Source of the DNA: Methanococcus maripaludis
GTDB taxonomy: Archaea; AGJL01; Methanococci; Methanococcales; Methanococcaceae
Length of the DNA stretch: 32,000 nucleotides
Reading direction: 5' to 3'
NCBI RefSeq assembly: GCF_002945325.1
Contig: NZ_CP026606.1
Coordinates: 930,001-962,000 of the forward strand
The notes below the pieces were generated by a model, which was not told the origin of the DNA, did no database searches, and worked only from the letters and a program-made list of their open reading frames with translations. Each line of letters opens with the position of its first letter. Positions within the stretch are counted from its first letter, which is position 1. Positions 31,776 to 32,000 of the stretch are shown here, piece after piece. A program made the translations under genes and the position numbers.

Positions 31776-32000
31776 TTAGTGAATTCTTTCGATGATAAAA
31801 TCTGCAATGTTTTCGAGATTTTTTCTTTTTTCTGCATCGAATATTTTTAAGTAATCTTTAGCTTCTTCTGTTGCGTTTTTCATTGTATCTTTTGCATAAT
31901 TAATAGAATCGGCTAAAAGTTCAATTGCTTCTGCAACTTCTTGTTGATTTGCATCTTGATTTCCTAAAATCTGCAATAATCTTTCTTTTTTATCTTCAGA
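31776..32000 (-). CDS. C-terminal part of an unidentified acidic coiled-coil-like protein, truncated by the window end
   Basis: Minus frame stays open from the stop at 31776 to the window edge (...SEDKKERLLQILGNQDANQQEVAEAIELLADSINYAK...). Confidence 0.7.
   Translation of the reverse strand, partial: SEDKKERLLQILGNQDANQQEVAEAIELLADSINYAKDTMKNATEEAKDYLKIFDAEKRKNLENIADFIIERIH

Overview
The 32 kb window looks like core chromosome of a mesophilic Methanococcus, most likely M. maripaludis-like. It is AT-rich and gene-dense, with short intergenic gaps, GGTGA ribosome-binding sites and archaeal TATA boxes. I see no transposase, integrase, CRISPR array, toxin-antitoxin pair or phage-like cluster, and no wholly new system. 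Main content: a split three-gene glutamate synthase with an FrhB-like F420-type protein; an HTH-PRTase regulator; a small Dsr-like siroheme/Fe-S protein; a QueE-like radical SAM enzyme; a TRAM protein; a CPBP protease; a YkgJ-type protein; argG; mfnF; priS; tRNA-Gln(UUG) and tRNA-Thr(GGU); an orphan GXGXG protein; a short MGMT; an ammonium-sensing block of three glnK and two amtB genes with apparent NrpR operators; argB; rpl31e-eif6-rpl18a plus one unknown gene; mer; two tandem cofH genes; a PUA-domain protein, a HemK2-like methyltransferase and a Nif3-like protein; an HTH-CBS regulator; hisE; ribH; a gamma-carbonic-anhydrase-like protein; a radical SAM protein; a DUF2118-like protein; and two genes cut by the window edges. 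The best leads are the glnK/amtB block (three promoters, two with GGAA-N6-TTCC-type sites, plus a long leader containing a hairpin), the putative F420-linked glutamate synthase, the divergent tandem cofH pair, the structured convergent gap at 272-592, and several structured or repeat-bearing intergenic elements. All family calls come from reading motifs by eye; no database search was run.
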